From Octopus vulgaris (lineage: Eukaryota), in contig OX597822.1 in assembly GCA_951406725.2 (NCBI GenBank), positions 34,162,001 through 34,226,000 of the forward strand: a stretch of DNA of 64,000 nt. The letters run 5' to 3'. The notes below the pieces were generated by a model. The model was not told where the DNA came from and ran no database searches. It was given only the letters and a program-made list of their open reading frames with translations. Of the stretch, positions 40,794-55,249 are shown piece by piece. The translations under genes were made by a program, and so were the position numbers. The first letter of the stretch is position 1. Each line of letters starts with the position of its first letter.

Positions 40794-42652
40794 TACAGAT
40801 ATCTCCGTAAGTGCTCTCTATGGAATGTAGAAGAACTGAGACAAAAACTGAAAAAAATTGTGTGCAGTGAATTTAGAAAATTCTGTGAAATATTCACGGT
40901 AGAACATATAGCGACAGCGCCTTACCATCTGAGATCAAATGGACAGGCAGAACGTTTTGTTGATACCTTTAAAAGAGCTTTAAGAAAAGACATCACAGAC
41001 GAAGTCGCTCTTCAACTATTTTAAAGAGTGTACAGGTTGACATCGAACCCAAATACAGCACCAGGAAGTTCACCAGCAGAATTGATATTCGCGAAGGTGA
41101 AATCAGTTTTCGATAAACAGCTACCTAGAAACTGTCTAACGCTCTAACGGTTCCGCCAATCTCTGCTCTCCATGCGCGCACACACATACACCCTCTCCGC
41201 ACACTCACAGGCGCACACACATATATAAATATATAAATGCGCATATATTTATGCACAAACAAGTAAATATATTGGTTTCAAACTTTGGCACAAGGCCTCG
41301 GGGAAGGGGCTAAGTCGATTACATCGATCCCCAGTATTCAAAGGATACTTATCTTATCGACCAAGAAAGCAAAAAGTCGACCTCGGCGGAATTTGAATTC
41401 AGATCGTAAAAACGGACGAAATGCCGCTAAGTATTTTCCCCGGCGTGCTAACGATTCTGCCAGCTCGTCGCTTTTAAAAAGCACGCAAATATATCTAAGG
41501 TACTGTATGGTATATTTGGTTGTTGATGTAACACCGAGATGGACTTTCATGTTGGTGTTGAATCAGCCAAATCGTTAGAGTGTCGGATATGTTGTTTTGC
41601 GATGTTCGTTCTGGATCCCAGACATTCTAATTTCAGATGTCGTTGAGGCAACCTTTGGAGTCCATCTCTTTCGGAGTCGATAAATGTAAATAAAGTACCA
41701 GTCTTGTAATGGTGTCCTTTTTCTTCTCCTCATTCTGGAAAAATATCAGTTACGTTCAGACCTGGACAAAAATAGGTACCATCAGGTCCTAAAATTTTCA
41801 CAGCATGCCATCTGGTGTTGTGGGACCAGGGCAAAAAAAGGCTTGATATATCTTTTAGTAGAATGTTGTTGATTTTTCTCATCAATAGATTAGAATATGT
41901 ATTTGCTCCGTATTTTTCATAGAAAATATTTTGTATCTTTATTGTCACCAGTACTAAGGCGGCGAGCTGGCAGAATCGTTAGCACGCTGGACGAAATGTT
42001 TAGCGGTATTTGCCCTTATAATATAAAGATCATTTCGTCTGTCTTTACGTTCTGAGTTCGAATTCCACCGAGGTCGACTTTGCCTTTCATCCTTTCGGGG
42101 TCGATTAAATAAGTACCAGTTACGCACTGGGGTCGATATAATTGACTTAATCCGTTTGTCTGTCCTTGTTTGTTCTCTCTGTGTTTAGCCCCTTGTGGGT
42201 AGTAAAGAAATAGGTATTTGCCCTTATAATATAAAGATCAACTTTGCCCTTCATCTTTCGGAGTGGAGATCAAATTTGCCTTACATCGTTTTTAAGTCTG
42301 GTACTTATTCTATCGGTCTCATTTGCTAAACCGTTAAGTTACGGGGACGTAAACACTCCAATACTGGTTGTCAAGCGGGTGGTGGGGACAAATACAGACA
42401 CGAAGACACACACACACACAAAGTATAATACAGTAATCCCTCGACTATTGCGGGTGTTGCGTTCCAGAGCATGACAACATCAATTTCATAATGGCCGAGC
42501 CCAAAGGAATAATAGCTGATTCTGTATTTATGATGATGTGTGACCACTGATTCACAATGTACGATTGTATGCAAACTGAAGAGAGAGCCATTATGTCATG
42601 GCTTGACCTGCTAGGAATAACTGCTAATAACCGATAGATCACACTCTGGATC

Positions 42653-43035
42653 TGGAAGCACTCAGTCGGTTACGACGATGAGGGTTCCGGTTGATCCGAA
42701 TCAACGGAACAGCCTGCTCGTGAAATTAACGTGTAAGTGGCTGAGCACTCCACAGACACGTGTACCCTTAACGTAGTTCTCGGGGATATTCAGCGTGACA
42801 CAGAGAGTGACAAGGCCGGTCCCTTGAAATACAGGTACAACAGAAACAGGAAGTAAGAGTGAGAGAAAGTTGTGGTGAAAGAGTACAGCAGGGATCACCA
42901 CCATCCCCTGCCGGAGCGTCGTGGAGCTTTTAGGTGTTTTCGCTCAATAAACACTCACAACGCCCGGTCTGGGAATCGAAACCGCGATCCTATGACCGCG
43001 AGTCCGCTGCCCTAACCACTGGGCCATTGCGCATC
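42653..43035 (-). mobile_element. SINE family B, full length
   Basis: Reverse complement of 8177-8562; TSD gatcacactct. Confidence 0.9.
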
Positions 43036-43394
43036 CGGATCACACTCTACTGTTTTAAATAGAGACACGATTTTGTGGAATGGTCATGGATTAGTTATCC
43101 TTGATGTTAGATCTGCTGGCTCGGAACTGACTTGAGACTAAATAGCATGATTCCATACGGGCTAACAAGAGACGGAGCTTGCATGTGATCACTCGAGATG
43201 CTAGAAATAGAAGCTAAAAGTATGTGAAATAACATCATGTCGACTTGAAAAAAAAAGGGAAGGACATAATGTAATCTGGGATGCATTTTGTCTGCAAAGA
43301 AAGAAAAAAAAATGAGACAGTGAAATTTGAAACACCTTTGATTATATGTTCGATCAGGAATGATTTGGGACAAAGTTGCTGCGGTTGCTACAGG

Positions 43395-43459
<65 letters not shown>

Positions 43460-44030
43460 TGCTTCTAACAACTTCTAAAAAAGTTCAAGTTATATGCTGA
43501 GTTTGATTTCATTGTCTGCAAATGTAGGATTTAACATTTTTAACGTGTATAAAGAACCCTTGTGTTTAAGGAACTCCCTAATTTGGAGGTTTAAAATTTG
43601 AAAAAAAAAAAAAAAAAAGGTTTTGTAAGGGACTATAATACTATCCTTGTATAAGAAACTCCCATATTTTTTTAAACCTAATTTTTGACAAAAGCAGTTT
43701 CTTTATACACGTTAAAATACGATATAATAATTAAAAATAGTAAGTAAAAAAACACAATTAAGGAATTATGTAATTGGGAATTGTCTTCTCTTTGAAGTAA
43801 GTCATGAAGAGTTATTTCCCTTACTGGTAACTACTAAAGCCTAGAGTTTAGCTATTTCTTGTCATTCAAGTATTCACTCTATTTTATAAGAGGGTAAAAC
43901 TCCATCTCTGTTACGATCTCTTCACAAATCAAGATTAAAATTTAATCCGGATCTATAAGCACACACACATATAAAGACACAATATTTATTTTCAACTAAT
44001 GAACTACTTAAGGCAATATGTGCGCTCCAG

Positions 44031-44600
44031 AATGCGGCGAGCTGGCAGAATCGTTAGCACGCCGGGCGAAATGCTTAGCAGTATTTCGTCTGCCGGTACG
44101 TTCTGAGTTCGAATTCCGCCGAGGTCGACTTTGCCTTTCATCCTTTCGGGGTCGATTAAACAAGTACCAGTTATGCACTGGAGTCGATACAATCGACTTA
44201 ATCCGTTTGTCTGTTTTTGTTTGTCCCCTCTAAGTTTAGCCCCTTGTGGGTAGTAAAGAAATAAGAAACGTTAGCACGCCGGGCGAAATGCTTAGCGGTA
44301 TTTCGTCTGTCTTTCCGTTCTGAGTTCAAATCCCGCCGAGGTCGACTTTGCCTTTCATCCTTTCGGGGTCGATAAATTAAGTACCAGTTACACACTGGGG
44401 TCGATGTAATCAGCTTAATCCGTTTGTCTATCCTTGTATGTCCTCTCTGTGTTTAGCCCCTTGTGGGTAGTAAAGAAATAGGTATTTCGTCTGTCTTTCT
44501 GTTCTGAGTTCAAATCCCGCCGAGGTCGACTTTGCCTTTCATCCTTATCGACTGGCCCTCTCCCCACAAATTTTCGGGCCTTGTGCCTAGAGTAGAAAAG
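44031..44600 (+). mobile_element. SINE family C trimer bounded by a single 16-bp TSD
   Basis: aatatgtgcgctc(c/t)ag at 44015-44030 and 44601-44616. Confidence 0.85.
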
Positions 44601-45134
44601 AATATGTGCGCTCTAGGCATCCAAGAACGTGTCTTGGTAACTGTTACTGCGGCTGAAGCGATCACATGATTGCTTGGTCTTTCGTTGACATTCAGAAGCT
44701 ATTGATGGTTCGAACGTTCCAAAATTATGGAGTACAAAACCTGACATTAAGTTGTAAAGTTTTCTTCATGGTTTCGGTTTCTGTCCCACTGCGTGGCACC
44801 TTGGCCAAATATCTTCTGCTATAGCCTCAGGCCGATTAAAGCTCTGTAAGTGGATTTTGTAGACGGAAACTGAAAGAAGCCCATTGTATATATATGTATA
44901 TATCTATATGCGTGTGTGTGTACGTGTGTGTATGTGTGTGTGTGTGTGTGTGTGTGTATTTGTCCCCACCACTCGCTTGACAACCAGTGTTGGTGTGTTT
45001 ACGTCCACGTAAACCAGCAGTTCAGCAAAACAGACCGATTGAGTAAGTACCTGGGGTTGATTTGTTCGACAAAATCCCTTCAGGACTGTACCCCAGCGTG
45101 GCCGCAGTCAAATGACTGAAACGAGTACAAAATA

Positions 45135-45533
45135 CAGTAATCACTCGCCAAATCGCGGTTCACCTATCGTGCCCTCTGTACATCGCAGATTTTTCTGGCT
45201 AATATATGTAAATTTATATCGCGGAGTCCTCAGTATATTGCAGTTTTCCGCGGCTGATAGCTATTTATATTTTTTTAGATTTTAATTATTTCTGTTGTAC
45301 AATAATCATTTTCACACCTAAAAATTGATAAATAAATAAAAAAATAAAAATACAGTACATTACTACACTGTATAACACATTAATTAAAGTATATTAAAAG
45401 AAAATACGTAGTGTACGATAGGTGAGTAAACAAAGAATCGTACATACTGTATGGAAAACGAAACTCAGGAGGCGAGTGTGTGATATTGTTTTGTATTTAT
45501 AATAAAATAAATATATACAAATTTAAAAGATAA

Positions 45534-45576
<43 letters not shown>

Positions 45577-45660
45577 TACAGTATTGTTTCTACTTCGCGG
45601 ATTTTCTCCTATCGCGGGGTGTTTTGGTATGTAATACCCGCGATAGTCGAAGGATTACTG
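45135..45660. mobile_element. Tigger/pogo-like MITE
   Basis: TA|CAGTAATCACTCG ... CGAAGGATTACTG|TA. An orphan copy of one TIR lies at about 42431-42468. Confidence 0.8.
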
Positions 45661-46830
45661 TATTATACTTTAAAACAACACAATAAAGCTTTAATTTTTA
45701 GATTTTTTGTTTGTTTATTATACAACAATATGTTGTGTAGAAAATTAATTAACTGAAACAGCAAAAACTATTATGCTGGATTATAAGTCGTTAGAGTGTT
45801 GGATAGATTTCCTCATGGTATTTGAGCTGATTCGGAGTCAAGAGACCCTGCGGTCATCTTTGCTATTATTTTTACGAGGTCGATAAATAAAATACTGGTC
45901 ATGCATTGAGGTTGATTCCTCTGTATCTCTCATTCTGTCAGTCCCTTTTGAAAGAAATCGGCTGTAGGCGGACCTGGAGAGAAAGGGCTTTACCAGGTCT
46001 AAACATGTTGACGATACACTGTATGTAACGGTGGCGCTCCCTTCGTGTCCACCAGGAGTTGAAGGCCTAACGGCAAGGCAAGCCATATCAGATTAGAGTC
46101 GATTAGCTAATCTTGAGCATTTGGGCAACATTACGTGCTATTATGACGGTTTTTAATACAATTCTGGTCCCAAAATTGTGATGCATATTATGAATAATAT
46201 ATACAATCATACATGATGGCTGTCCATTCGTGACCGAGGAAGACCGTTGCTGACCTTTTGGAACATTGTACGCTCTAGGACTATCTTATGTATTGCATTT
46301 GCGGCTCCGTTGGTGACTAATGGGCTCTGCTCTTGACAAGCATACACGACTGCAAACATTGCAGACCAAGCTTTCTCCATTCACTACACTAGCAGTGCAC
46401 TTTCAAGCAGCACGCTTAAATTATTTATGCAGAATACGTGCTCTTTCAAAGGTGTCGACCCCCGGCATTCCTTCGATATAACTCGACAAAATCAAAACAT
46501 TCCACTTCGAGTATTTCCGTGGGTTGTGGAGAATAGATATAACAAAATTATGCCAGCACTGTCTCATTTTAAACTTGAAGAAAAAAAGCCTTGCAAATTT
46601 GTTCTTACTCGTTTCATGTGTGTATGTAAAATCCGCAAATTTCCACGGAAATACCCGCAGTGAAGAGTTTTGATTTTGTTGAGTTATATCGAAAGAATGC
46701 CCGACCCCTTCCTTAACCTGCTTCCTCCATCTGTGGCGATGACAGGCATTGCTCTCCCAGTCGGTTACCTACATATCACAGGCCTTTAATGAGGACATAC
46801 ATACATACATACATACATACATACATACAT

Positions 46831-46865
<35 letters not shown>

Positions 46866-48759
46866 TACATACATACATACATACATACATACATACATAC
46901 ATACATACATACATACATACATACATACATACATACATACATACATACATGATGTATTTTTATAAAATATGTATATAAATACATATGTATATAATAGTGC
47001 CACCAAGTACTGTCTGCAACTCATCATTCTACGGAATAACCAACTACAAAAACAACCAGTAAAACACTATTAAACCTTAGTCAACAACCAGCACAACACA
47101 ACCGTCCATCTAGCCATCCATTTATCCCTGCATTTAGCTAACAACCTATCCATTCAGCCAACCAACCAGCCAATCAATCAGTCAGTCAACCAACTCGGTT
47201 CTACTTTTTAAAAATGCAAAACAAAATAACAAAAACAAAAACAGACACAAACAACATCAGTAATAATATTTCAAACAAATAATTGGTTTCAAATTTTGGT
47301 ATAAGGCCAGCAAGTTCGTAGGGAGACGGTTAAGTCGATTACATCGACTCTAGTGCTCAAATGGTAATTATTTTATCGACGCCGGAAGGATGAAAGGCAA
47401 AATGATGGAGAATGCTATCCGCAGACCAGAGATGTGATTCAAATGCTTACAACAGGGTTAACTTTACTCAAAATACCCAAAGAGAAGTTTTGTTGCTCGA
47501 CCGAGTAACGGATTAAATGTTCAACCCCAGAATATGAACTGTTCGACAAGCGGGTAGTCACACATTCTTCGTCCAACAAATTTCACTCGCTAGATACTGA
47601 TCAATTAAAAGTAAGATCCGTAATGCTAGAGATGTGAAGGCGCCTGGTTTAATGGCTAAGGTATTTGAGTTACCATCGTAAGGCCATGTGTTCGATACCC
47701 AGCGGCGCTCCTGTGTCCCCAGACAAGACACTTTATGTCACCTTTCTCCATTCCACTCAGCTGGCAAAAATGTTTTGTACCTATAAGTCAAATTACGAAG
47801 TAGGAGCGCTGAACAGTGATATGTAGAAATACAATGTTATTATCGGTTCAAATATGCTTGTGGCACGTTTGGACTAATAAGCAAGCCATTCACCGCGTTT
47901 TGTCATTGAGAAATTTCTCGCTGTTGACAAGGGTATAAATACACCTGGATCAGTTCGCAGCGTCACCTATCAAGACTTTGTGATCCAGGACATGTTCCTT
48001 GGAAGCCTAGTACTTATTCTATCGGTATCTTTTGCCGAACCGCTAAATTACGGGGACGTAAACACGGCAGCATCGGTTGTCAAGCGATGTTGGGCGGACA
48101 ACACAGACACACAAACATATACACACAAACATACACCCCCCCACACACATATATATATATATATATACTTACATATATACGACTAGCTTCTTTCAGTCTC
48201 CGTCTACCAAATCCACTCACAAGGCTTTGGTCGGCCCGAGGCTATAGTAGAAGGCACGTGGTTCGTAAGCAAGCTACTTACCCCATAGCCACTCCTACGC
48301 CTATAAAATGAATAAATGAATGAATAAATAAATGAATAGATATATAAATAAATATAAAAAAGTAAATAAATGGGTAGTTATGGCTACAGGAATGCATTTG
48401 ATGATAAGTTTTTCGATCAGAGAAACAACGACAACGACAACAACGAAGACGATAAGGACGACATTAACAACAACGATAATGGCAATAACAACAATAACAG
48501 CAACACCAACAACAACAACAACAACAACAACACGGTAATATGAAATGAGGAAGTAGAAATGGCCGCCAGAAGTAGTTATAAATAACTGACAAATGTTTCG
48601 TTTGACTATTGTTGAAATGAATCTTTTCTTCCAGCCAAATCTGTCACACTACACACTGGGAAATGAAGAGTGAAACAAGTGCTAATGCACTAAATATTTC
48701 GAGAGCAGTAACATCAATCAATGAAGAGTGTAAAACGAGAGTGGTCAAGTTGCTTGATG

Positions 48760-48922
48760 GTGGTAAGTAGCTTGCTTACGAACCACATGGTTCCGGGTTC
48801 AGTTCCACTGCGTGGCGCTTTGGGCAAGTGTCTTCTACTATAGCCTCGGGCCGACCAAAGCGTTGTGAGTGGATTTGGTAGACGGAAACTGAAATGAAGC
48901 CCGTCGTATATATGTATGTATG

Positions 48923-48988
<66 letters not shown>

Positions 48989-49190
48989 CGTGTGTGTCTG
49001 TGTTTGTCCGCCCAACATCAATTGACAACCGATGGTGGTGTGTTTACGTCCTCGTAACTTAGTGGTTCGGCAAAAGAGACCGATAGAATAAGTACTAGGC
49101 TTACAAAGAATAATCCTGGGGTCGATTTGCTCGACTAAAGGTGGTGCTCCAGCATGGCCGCAGTCATATGACTGAAACAAGTAAAAGAGT
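48760..49190 (+). mobile_element. SINE family A
   Basis: Head, microsatellite and tail colinear with 678-1300. Confidence 0.88.
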
Positions 49191-49214
49191 ATTAACAAGG
49201 ACATATACAGCTAC

Positions 49215-49822
49215 ATTACGATCTTTGTGGTTTTCATCACTCTTTACTCTTTAACTTGATTGCTTTTGATCTTCCGTGAGCAAGCGAGGCACAAATTTTG
49301 CTGCAACTCTTCGTTGGCAGTAGCTCCTGGACACACCAATCATATCAACAAGCTTGTCAATTTTTTTTCAGTGACGTTCTTCTAAAATCCGTTCATGAAT
49401 TTTCAATTTTTTGTTTCGTTCGGGAGGTCGACGGTCTATATGAGCAAGATTGGTCTTCAAGCGACAAGGGACCATTTCTAAAACGTGGAAAACCACTCAT
49501 AAACTTGTGTTTTGCTCATGAAAGCGGCCTTGTAAGCTGTTTGAAGCACGATAACTATTTCGGCCGCCGTTTTCCCCAGCAGAAAACAGAGTGTCACAGA
49601 AGCACGCTCTTCTTTCTTTTCAGTCATCGCCAAAATCGACGAACGAGGGAGAAGCACTGCAAAACAAAGACGCACAACGTGGCAATACGACTCCAAAGGA
49701 CGACACCGGTTGGCAGACTGATGCCTGAGGGTTGCATCAAGTGGTTTCTAGCTGTGGAAGCCCGAACTACAACGGGCTTGTGCTATAGAGAATGTTTCCG
49801 GTTACGTTTGGGTACCCCCTCG
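49215..49822 (-). mobile_element. mariner transposon 5' fragment with a decayed transposase N-terminus
   Basis: TA|CGAGGGGGTACCCAAA end. Reads EERASVTLCFLLGKTAAE...MSKTQVYEWFSTF and later RRVAAKFVPRLLTEDQK. Confidence 0.85.
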
Positions 49823-50924
49823 TAATGCAATAAGTTATTCCCAAATGATCCGTTCTGTTTGGGCATATAGATACACTTCAAACGCCTGTTACAGGGCTTC
49901 AAACAATCATAATGGTGAAACACATGTAGGATCTTTAATATAAACTTGTGTTTATCCTTATTTCATATATATATATATATATTTCCTTAGCCCCTGATAG
50001 GTTTGTAGAGGTGGCTGGGTGACTTACAGCTTGTCTTTGATATTTTAAAATCTAACGGAGTCCATCCTTCCCCTGGTCTGACCACAGTCAAATTCTTTTC
50101 AAGAAAGAGAGAAATAGAAACGATGAAAAGAGAAGAGAGAGAGAAGAGAGAGTGAGTGATAGAGGGAGAGAAAATCAGGAGATGTAGAGAGGCAGACGAA
50201 AAATAAGAAGAAAGAGCGACCGTAAAATGAAAATTAGTGGGGGTTATCAATACAGATATGTCAGTGAACAGCTGTAATTTCTGCCCTGGGCAGTTGGCCT
50301 TGATGTAAAAGATAGATAGATAGATAAATAAATGAATAACAAAGACAGGCTGACAGACAGAAAAAAGAGGTCGACCATAAGTACATACCGTAAGCCATAC
50401 ACTGACTTTTTGTTTTTGCAACAGTAGAAACTCTTTGTAAGGAAATTTTCTCTTTACAGAAATGTTCAGTATATACTGCCGTGTTTCTGTATAACTGAAA
50501 TTCTTCGAAGATTATATATCAAAACCTCATGGTTGACTATTGGGTATATAACGATACTTAACGAAACTTATTCCACTCATTGATTTCTAGATGGAAGATG
50601 ACTTTTAAAGAAAAATAATTTTGTCAGTGAACAGGTCGCGGTCTCAAAGTGACGAAAACATTTTGGCAAATTAAATTTAAATGAAGTGAATCTAACGGTT
50701 TTCGTGTGTTTTTAAATGGCTTAATAAACACCTTCCACGGTGCAATTGTTTTTGTTTCAGCACACGGTCTCACATTAGGTCACTTGCTATGCAAGTACAT
50801 CTCCGTAAAATTTATTTTTGTTTTTCGTATATATATGTATGTGTGTGTGTGCGTGTGCGTGTGTTTGGGTGTGGGTGTGTGTATACCATATATCTCTGTG
50901 TGTGTGTGTGTGTATACATATATA

Positions 50925-51056
50925 CGGCTGTGTGGTAAGTAGCTTGCTTATCAATCACTGCGTGGCACATTGGGTGTCTTCTACCATAGTCTGGGGCCGA
51001 CCAAGCCTTGTGAGTGGATTTGGTAGACGGAAACTGGAAGAAGCCCGTCGTATATG

Positions 51057-51111
<55 letters not shown>

Positions 51112-51322
51112 ATGTTTGAGTGCCTGTGTTTGTCACCCCCACCACAATCGCTTGACAAGCAATATTCGTTTGTTTACATCTCCGTAACTTAGAGGTTCGG
51201 CAAAAGAGACTGATAGAACCGGTACTAGGTTTACAAAGAATAAATAAGTCCTGGGGTCAATTTTTTCGACTAAAGGCGGTGCTCCAGCATGGCCGCAGTC
51301 AAATGACTGAAACAAACAAAAG
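50925..51322 (+). mobile_element. SINE family A
   Basis: Same layout; abuts the Helitron 5' end. Confidence 0.85.
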
Positions 51323-51330
51323 AATATATA

Positions 51331-53361
51331 TCTCTTATTATAAAAGGCAGATTTTATCTGCCTCCCTTTGGGAGTTATAGAAATCTACAATATAGGATTT
51401 CTTCAATTACAATTTACCTAGCATTTTTAAGAGTAGAATGCATCGCGTCATGCCAGGTCCAGTTTTTAAAATTTAAACTCCAATTAAGCAAAATTTACAG
51501 AAAACTCACATTCTGGTGTGTGTGTCAAATGCTTTTCTTAGTCTGGTTTACACCACACGCAAACGCACACACACAGTGGGCAACGAATAAAATGAAAGTA
51601 AATAGCGACAGAGTGATTTGAGGAAGACTAAACTGAAAGTATTTAAACCACTACTCAAAAAATAAAAAAACACAGCAAACAGAAACAAATAAATACATAA
51701 CCATTTACTCCTCACACAATTTGTTCAATTACAATTTACCTAAGATTTTTCAGAGTACTTCAGTGGGTGATGCCATAAAAAATTTCTTTCAATTTTACCA
51801 CCAATTAAGACAAAATTCGAGAAAACTCAATATTTTAACATATCACTCCGAAAGCATTGATGTACATGTGTGCGTGAGTGTGTGTGTGTCATTCCTCACA
51901 CACACGCATACACATACATATACAACTACATACAACTACATACACATACAACTACATACAAACACGTGTGTGTTTGTTATTAGTAAAAAAGGCGCCAAAA
52001 CTCAACTCACTTATCATTCCAACACATTTGCAAAGACACACGGACGGACAGAAAAGGTAAATTGGTTTTTATTTTACTCTGTATATATTTTATTATATAA
52101 TATTATATATAGATATATGTATATATAATTGCAGTATGAAACAGTGTTTATGTATAAACAGACGACATTTATATATAGTTACCAAGCCGCCCGAATTTAC
52201 CTATTCATATTTAAATGAGAATATCAGAGCAAATCTCTTTAGTACATTCGTGAAAACACGTATTATACTTCGTAAACACTTCAACTACAGTTTTGTACAA
52301 AAATCGAAGTGTAATTTTAATTCCGTGAATTATGGGAGATTTTTTTCCGAAATTTGTTCCTATTGTGTTTTCAAAATTTGTAATTCTGACAAAAAATGGA
52401 TACGAATTTCATTATATCAAGCAGCGAGTCAGAATTCGAAGGATTTTCTACTGAAGACCTTCATAAATCTAACTCTATGACTGAAAAAAAAAAGCATCTT
52501 TATATAAGAGTGAAGTTGTGTGTCTGTCTCCTACGATTTAGATTCCTAACTACTCCCACATTTTGCGGTGCAGTTTAACCAAAAGCGGGTATCTTATAGT
52601 CGTGATTCATATCGAGCCCTTCTGGGTATTAGCGTGCGTCTACGATGAGTCTACGATTTAAAAAAAATTTACCATCATATTTTTCCAGAGAATATCAGAG
52701 CAAATCTCTTTAGTACATTCGTGAAAACACGTATTATACTTCGTAAACACTTCAACTACAGTTTTGTACAAAAATCGAAGTGTAATTTTAATTCCGTGAA
52801 TTATGGGAGATTTTTTTCCGAAATTTGTTCCTATTGTGTTTTCAAAATTTGTAATTCTGACAAAAAATGGATACGAATTTCAGTATATCAAGCAGCGAGT
52901 CAGAATTCGAAGGATTTTCTACTGAAGACCTTCATAAATCTAACTCTATGACTGAAAAAAAAAAGCATCTTTATATAAGAGTGAAGTTGTGTGTCTGTCT
53001 CCTACGATTTAGATTCCTAACTACTCCCACATTTTGCGGTGCAGTTTAACCAAAAGCGGGTATCTTATAGTCGTGATTCATATCGAGCCCTTCTGGGTAT
53101 TAGCGTGCGTCTACGATGAGTCTACGATTTAAAAAAAATTTACCATCATATTTTTCCATTTTAATGCATTTTTTTCGCTTTTATATAAGGGAAGTAACTC
53201 TCTAAAAATATCTACGATGTGTCAACGATTTAAAAAAAAATTACCTTAATTTTTTTTCAATTTTTAATGCATTTTTTTGCTATTTTTTGGCTATAACTCT
53301 CTAAAAATGCTTATATATTTATTTCCCTTACAACCCGAGCAACGCCGGGCGATACTGCTAG
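51331..53361 (+). mobile_element. Non-autonomous Helitron with an internal 471-bp tandem duplication
   Basis: A|TC start, 3' hairpin and CTAG|T end; duplicated block at about 52218-52688 and 52689-53159. Confidence 0.9.
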
Positions 53362-53600
53362 TATATATATATATATATATATATATAATGCTCTTAGCTT
53401 AGTTTTTCCTTGGGGTTGGCCAGATTGGTGCAATCTCGAGTATAACCAGCCGAAATTGCAAAGATAATCTGGAACTCGACAGAGGAAAGAAAACTCTGAA
53501 TGACCTGTCCTTGTTTTTTTTTGTATTGTCTATCTGGATGTTTTGTCCCTTTCTTGTATCACCTAACTGTCTGGATGTTTTGTGTTCTTGTCCTATTTTG

Positions 53601-53673
<73 letters not shown>

Positions 53674-54589
53674 GCGATAAAGATTATGACTATATAAATG
53701 AACCTTTGTTTACGATTAATGGCATTTAAATTTAGACATCTCGCTTAAGTTTACGTTATTTACATCACGTCACAAGGACAGTGGATCGCTAGAATCATTG
53801 AAGAAAATCTTTTGCACTATCTAGTTATGGTTCTTTATTTTATTCGTTAAAATACTTGCTTTTCCTCCTTGCTCCTTTAACAAAATAAGCATAAGCCAAG
53901 TATTGGTGTAAATTTAATCGATTATACTTGTCACAAAAAATTGTGTGACTTAGCGCCAGTGTTAGAAACCGTTTATAACTCATTTAAAACCTGTCTTGAA
54001 CTTACATTTCTTTAATCCACAGCTTATTGCGGTTTCTAAGCCGTATAAGTGACTGAGAGCCCAATAATCTTCCCAGTACGAGACGCTTGTTTGTTTTAGG
54101 ATTAAGCGTCAACTGCTGTTAGTACTTATATATTTTCAGTTTAGTGGATTAAGCTTTGCATATCTTTGCTTATCTTCGTCATGTGCCTTAGGATTCATAA
54201 GGCCAAACATAACCTGGTTTTTCCCCAATCCTGGATGGGACGCCGATCCGTTGCATGGTTAAGCACACAGCTATTGATGGACCTCACTTACAGCTGAGTG
54301 GACTGGAGCAATGTGGAAGTAAGTGTTTTCTTAAATTCTACCGAGGTCGACTTTGCATTTAATCCTTTCGGGATCGATAAAATAAGTACTAGTTACGCAC
54401 TGGGATCGATATAATCGACTAGTCTATCCCCCAAATTTTAAGCCTTCTACCTACTGTAGATAAGATTACTGAAAGTTCAAAGGAACGAACGTCTATGTCA
54501 GAGATCAGGAAAAATAGTAATTTCTGTAGGATTATTCCATAGAAAAAGCCATTTTCTTTATTCCAGTTTTATATACAGAAGACTTTGGT

Positions 54590-54962
54590 GCTGTGGCCCA
54601 GTGGTTAGGACAGCGGACTCGTGGTCGGAGGATCGCGGTTTCGATTCCCTGACCGAGGTTGTGAGTGTTTATTGAGAGAACACACATGAAGCTCCACGAG
54701 GTTCCGGCAGGGGGTGGTGGAGAGCCCTGTTGTACTCTTTCACCACAACTTTCTCTCACTCTTTCTTCCTGTTTCTGTTGTACCTGAATTTCAAAGAGCC
54801 AGCCTTGTCACACTCTGTGTCACGCTGAAACTCCCCGATAACTACGTTAACGGAAGTCGTGTCTGTGGAGTGCTCAGCCAGTTGCACGTTATTTTCACGA
54901 GCAGGTTGTTCCGTTGATCGGATCAACTGGAACCCTCATCGTCGTAACCGACAGAGTGCTAC
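54590..54962 (+). mobile_element. SINE family B, older copy
   Basis: Colinear with the other copies but more diverged. Confidence 0.85.
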
Positions 54963-55249
54963 GATGACTCTATTACGTGTTGTAGCAAAAATGGTTTATC
55001 TCTTAGCTGTTTAATTATTCAAATAGTTTACTTATTTAAACTTTTTTGCTTGTTTCAGTCATTTGACTGCCGCCATGCTGGAGCACCGCCATTAATCGAC
55101 CAAATCTACCCCAGGACTTATTCTTTGTAAGCCTGGTACTTATTCTATCGATCTCTTTTGCCGAAGTTACTACACATTCTTACACATTCTTTATATGTGT
55201 TAATGTGTGTGTGTGTGTGTATACAGAGTTGACCTGCAACAGTAATAAA

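Larger units (their letters stand above)
38134..40831 (-). mobile_element. Outer non-autonomous Helitron-like element
   Basis: 3' CTAG at 38134-38137 with a gacccagcaacgccgggtc hairpin. A TCTA... 5' end near 40831 is followed by tctgtgtg repeats; the element is split by a second Helitron. Confidence 0.6.
36490..41135 (+). mobile_element. Decayed Gypsy/Ty3 (Mag-like) LTR retrotransposon interrupted by Helitrons
   Basis: Putative LTR tgttat...ataaca (about 36490-36915) and PBS-like gtggcgtcaaggat. Frameshifted gag with Zn knuckles (CFVCGGMH, CFRCGNTGRIKSHC), protease-like LQLDTSSDTTII, and integrase APYHLRSNGQAERFVDTFKRAL at about 40870-41000. Confidence 0.85.

Noticed and set aside
52136-53049. 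Repeated ORFs of 60-114 aa
   Set aside because: Incidental frames in the Helitron/MITE duplication; the acidic MDTNF..SESEFEGFS peptide is at most a transposase N-terminal relic.
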